Assembly (NCBI GenBank): GCA_945907755.1
Contig: CAMDTN010000008.1
Span: forward strand, 817-64,816
Source of the DNA: Singulisphaera sp. GP187
Lineage (GTDB): Bacteria > Planctomycetota > GCA-002687715
Reading direction: 5' to 3'
Length of the DNA stretch: 64,000 nucleotides
Positions 61,632-64,000 of the stretch are shown in pieces. The notes under the pieces were generated by a model that did no database searches, was not told where the DNA came from, and saw nothing but the letters and a program-made list of their open reading frames with translations. The translations under genes and the position numbers were made by a program. Each line of letters begins with the position of its first letter. The stretch's first letter is position 1.

Positions 61632-62335
61632 CAGGGGATGCGCAGCTTCATCCCCGCAACCAACTTGTTGGGGTTCGACAATTTGTCGCGGTTCGCATCG
61701 TAGATGCGCTTCCAAGCGCTCTCGCTGCCATAACGCGATTTGGCAATGGTGCCGAGGCGTTCGCCTTTCGCCACCACATGAGTGCGGCCCGTTACAGCGG
61801 GCGCCACAGTGGTGTTCGGCGCGCCTTGCACCACGGGGCCCACCGTTGGGGTTACTCCCGGGCCAGCATTAACAAGCACGGCAGAACTGCCCGTGCGCGT
61901 CGGTGCGCGCGGCAGTTTCAATTCCTGCCCGATCTTCAGACGCTTCGGGTTCACACCCGGGTTGGCCGCGAGGATCTCTGACACCGCACCAGGCCGGCCA
62001 TACAAACGGCGCGCGATGATTTCCAAAGTTTCGCCCGCAGCCACGCGCACTGTGGTGGGCACAACTACTGAAATGGCTGGCGCCGCAGGCGCGGCACCCT
62101 TGTTGTTGGGCTTGGCTGCGAGTTGCGTCGCTGCGCCGCCATCGAGGATTTCTTGCAAGCCTAGCGGGGCCGCTCCGCCCTGCACCGTCGTGTCGCTGGG
62201 CGCGGGCACTGCTTCAATCTTTGGCGCATCGGCAACTTCTGTCACCGGTGTGCCGGGGCTGGACAGCAAGGTCAATGAAAGCAACACCGCGATGACCACG
62301 GTGACAACAAGAACTGCAATCTTTTCTGGTGTCAT
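61631..62335 (-). CDS. Membrane-anchored double-LysM peptidoglycan-binding protein
   Basis: TM, Pro/Ala linker, V..GETLEIIARRLYG..I..ANP and HVVAKGERLGTIAKSRYG..W..I..AN; start ATG 62335 (GAGGGAG RBS), alternative 62413. Confidence 0.9.
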   Translation of the reverse strand: MTPEKIAVLVVTVVIAVLLSLTLLSSPGTPVTEVADAPKIEAVPAPSDTTVQGGAAPLGLQEILDGGAATQLAAKPNNKGAAPAAPAISVVVPTTVRVAAGETLEIIARRLYGRPGAVSEILAANPGVNPKRLKIGQELKLPRAPTRTGSSAVLVNAGPGVTPTVGPVVQGAPNTTVAPAVTGRTHVVAKGERLGTIAKSRYGSESAWKRIYDANRDKLSNPNKLVAGMKLRIP

Positions 62336-62501
62336 GGACGAATCTCCCTCTGGCTTGGTTGATTGAGCAGGTTTCCTTCCGGGCTGCGTGGTGGAGTTGG
62401 AATTTGTCGGCATGAGCCGACGTGCGCGATACGAATGGTGTGGTTTTTTGACGTGACCACGGAGCCCGGAAGGACCCCCTGTGTGTTGCGTGCAGGCGCG
62501 C

Positions 62502-63623
62502 TCATGAAGCGGCTCCCTGCAATTGCGCTGCACTAGCAAGCGCCGGTTCTTCTTCGCCCTTGGCCACTGAAAGCAACAGCCCGACGGCGATGCCCAGCAT
62601 CAACAAGGACGATCCACCGAAAGAGAGGAACGGAATGCTCATGCCCTTCGGTGGCACAGAGCCCGTCACCACGCTGATGTTGATGGCAGCTTGCAGCGCG
62701 ATCATGAAGCTGGCCCCGAAGGCCACTGTGAAACCGGCGCGGTCGCGCGCGGCCATGGCGATGCGGAAGCCGCTCCAGCACAGACCGAGAAACAGAGCCA
62801 CCACGCAGAGCGAACCGAAAAACCCCGCTTGTTCGGCTACAGCCACCAGCGCAAAGTCGTTGTGGATTTCTGGAACGAACAGTTGGCTGCGGCCTTCGCC
62901 GACGCCCGTGCCCAGCGGGCCACCTTCAGCAAAGAAGATCAATCCTTGGCGCACTTGGTAGCTGCCTTCGCCAAGAAAACCTTCGATGCGCGCGCGCACA
63001 TAATCCCAGCGGTCGCCCATGAAAGCGATCAGGCCGGGCACACCCAACGAGATCAGCAGCAAGAAGTACTGCAGCTTCACACCATTCACCACCAGCAACA
63101 CCGCCGCAAGAATGAACAACAACACCGTTTGCCCGAGGTCCGGTTCCAACAGCACCAGAAAGCAGGTGAAACCCACCCAGCCCAGTGCGGGGAGCAAGCC
63201 GCCGCGCAATGTGCGGAACCTGTCGCCGCGCTTTTCCGCGAGGTAAGGAATGAACAGCACTAATGCGAGTTTGGCCAATTCGCTCGGCTGCATGTTGAAG
63301 GGTCCGAGATCAATCCAACGCACCGCGCCGCCACGCCGTGGCATCCCGGGCAGCAGCAACACCGCAAGCAGCGCCCAAGTGGCATACAGCCCCCACGGTG
63401 CCAAGTTCACCGCACGGCGATAGCCAATAAGGCTCGCGCCGAAGGCCAGCAGCGCAGCCGCCACCACATAAATGGCTTGGCGCGCAGCGCGTTGATACGG
63501 CACCTGTGCCATTGGCGAATCCACCGCGACTTGAATCAGCACGCCGATGACCGCCAACGCCAGTGCGCAGAGGATCACCATGGAAACATGGCGCTGCATA
63601 TCTGGCACTTTCGCTTCAGTCAT
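62502..63623 (-). CDS. ftsW: SEDS family peptidoglycan glycosyltransferase FtsW
   Basis: GAVRWI.LG..QPSELAK, EPDLG, YQ..Q, PEIHNDF, PPKGMSIPFLSFGGSS. Confidence 0.93.
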   Translation of the reverse strand: MTEAKVPDMQRHVSMVILCALALAVIGVLIQVAVDSPMAQVPYQRAARQAIYVVAAALLAFGASLIGYRRAVNLAPWGLYATWALLAVLLLPGMPRRGGAVRWIDLGPFNMQPSELAKLALVLFIPYLAEKRGDRFRTLRGGLLPALGWVGFTCFLVLLEPDLGQTVLLFILAAVLLVVNGVKLQYFLLLISLGVPGLIAFMGDRWDYVRARIEGFLGEGSYQVRQGLIFFAEGGPLGTGVGEGRSQLFVPEIHNDFALVAVAEQAGFFGSLCVVALFLGLCWSGFRIAMAARDRAGFTVAFGASFMIALQAAINISVVTGSVPPKGMSIPFLSFGGSSLLMLGIAVGLLLSVAKGEEEPALASAAQLQGAAS

Positions 63624-64000
63624 GGAGCCCTTCCACGAGGCGTTCGAGAGCCAGCATGCGCGAACCTTTCAGCAGCACCGTGCCGCCGCGAGCCACCAAT
63701 GTCTTGAACGCAGTGCGCGCGCTGTCGGTGCTGGGACACACGCTGATGCATGCGGCGGGCAGGCCCGCTTCATGCGCCGCTTCCGCGGTGAAAGCGGCAG
63801 AGGGCCCGATCAACAAAAGTTCATCGAGGTGCAGCGCCGCGCACTGTTGGCCCACTTCGCGGTGCGCTGCTTCAGTGGCGGGGCCAAGTTCCAGCATTTC
63901 GCCGAGCACCGCACGACGCGGGCCAGGACGGCGCGCCAAGTCATCGAGCGCCGCACGCAGCGACAACGGATTCGCGTTGTAGCAATCCAGCACCAGCGTG
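63616..64000 (-). CDS. murF: UDP-N-acetylmuramoyl-tripeptide--D-Ala-D-Ala ligase (C-terminal part; 5' end outside the window)
   Basis: DCYNANPLS, VLGEMLELG, H..VG, VLLKGSR...LE. Confidence 0.92.
   Translation of the reverse strand, partial: TLVLDCYNANPLSLRAALDDLARRPGPRRAVLGEMLELGPATEAAHREVGQQCAALHLDELLLIGPSAAFTAEAAHEAGLPAACISVCPSTDSARTAFKTLVARGGTVLLKGSRMLALERLVEGLHD

Noticed and set aside
1-64000. CRISPR arrays, rRNA/tRNA genes, IS elements, integrases, defence systems
   Set aside because: No regularly spaced repeats, cloverleaf/rRNA signatures or transposase/integrase motifs were seen by eye, and intergenic gaps are short; a tRNAscan/Infernal run would be needed to exclude small RNAs.

Overview
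GC-rich bacterial chromosomal segment, most likely from a Planctomycetota-like organism. This is inferred from the TPR-extended lipoprotein secretins, PilM-PilN fusions, ExbBDD/TPR cluster and a dcw cluster with no ftsA/ftsZ. Positions ~1-31.7 kb form one long minus-strand envelope-machine locus. It holds two parallel PilMN-PilO-like modules (one PilM intact, one degenerate), two paralogous lipoprotein secretins, a GspG-like prepilin at the left edge, an ExbB-ExbD-ExbD motor with no TonB, TPR proteins, a double-FHA membrane protein and an FHA-GAF-AAA-HTH regulator that has lost its sigma54-contact and ATPase motifs. Candidate modification enzymes are interspersed: a TMTC-like GT-C, an AsnB-like amidotransferase, a Thr-type sulfatase-like lipoprotein and a HAD hydrolase. 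Non-coding signals tie the locus together: a covarying 34-nt hairpin after both secretin genes and a CAA-N4-TTG-N5-CAA-N4-TTR palindrome beside three sigma70-like promoters. The rest of the window has UDG, a GT2, an internally duplicated lipoprotein, two back-to-back Opp/Dpp-type ABC operons, a second TMTC-like gene, ridA-like, coaD, metG, a sensor kinase, comEC, rplM-rpsI and an atypical dcw end (murF-ftsW-LysM-murB-small ORF-ftsQ-like). No rRNA, tRNA, CRISPR array, transposase or integrase was recognised. All assignments come from reading motifs by eye; no searches were run.
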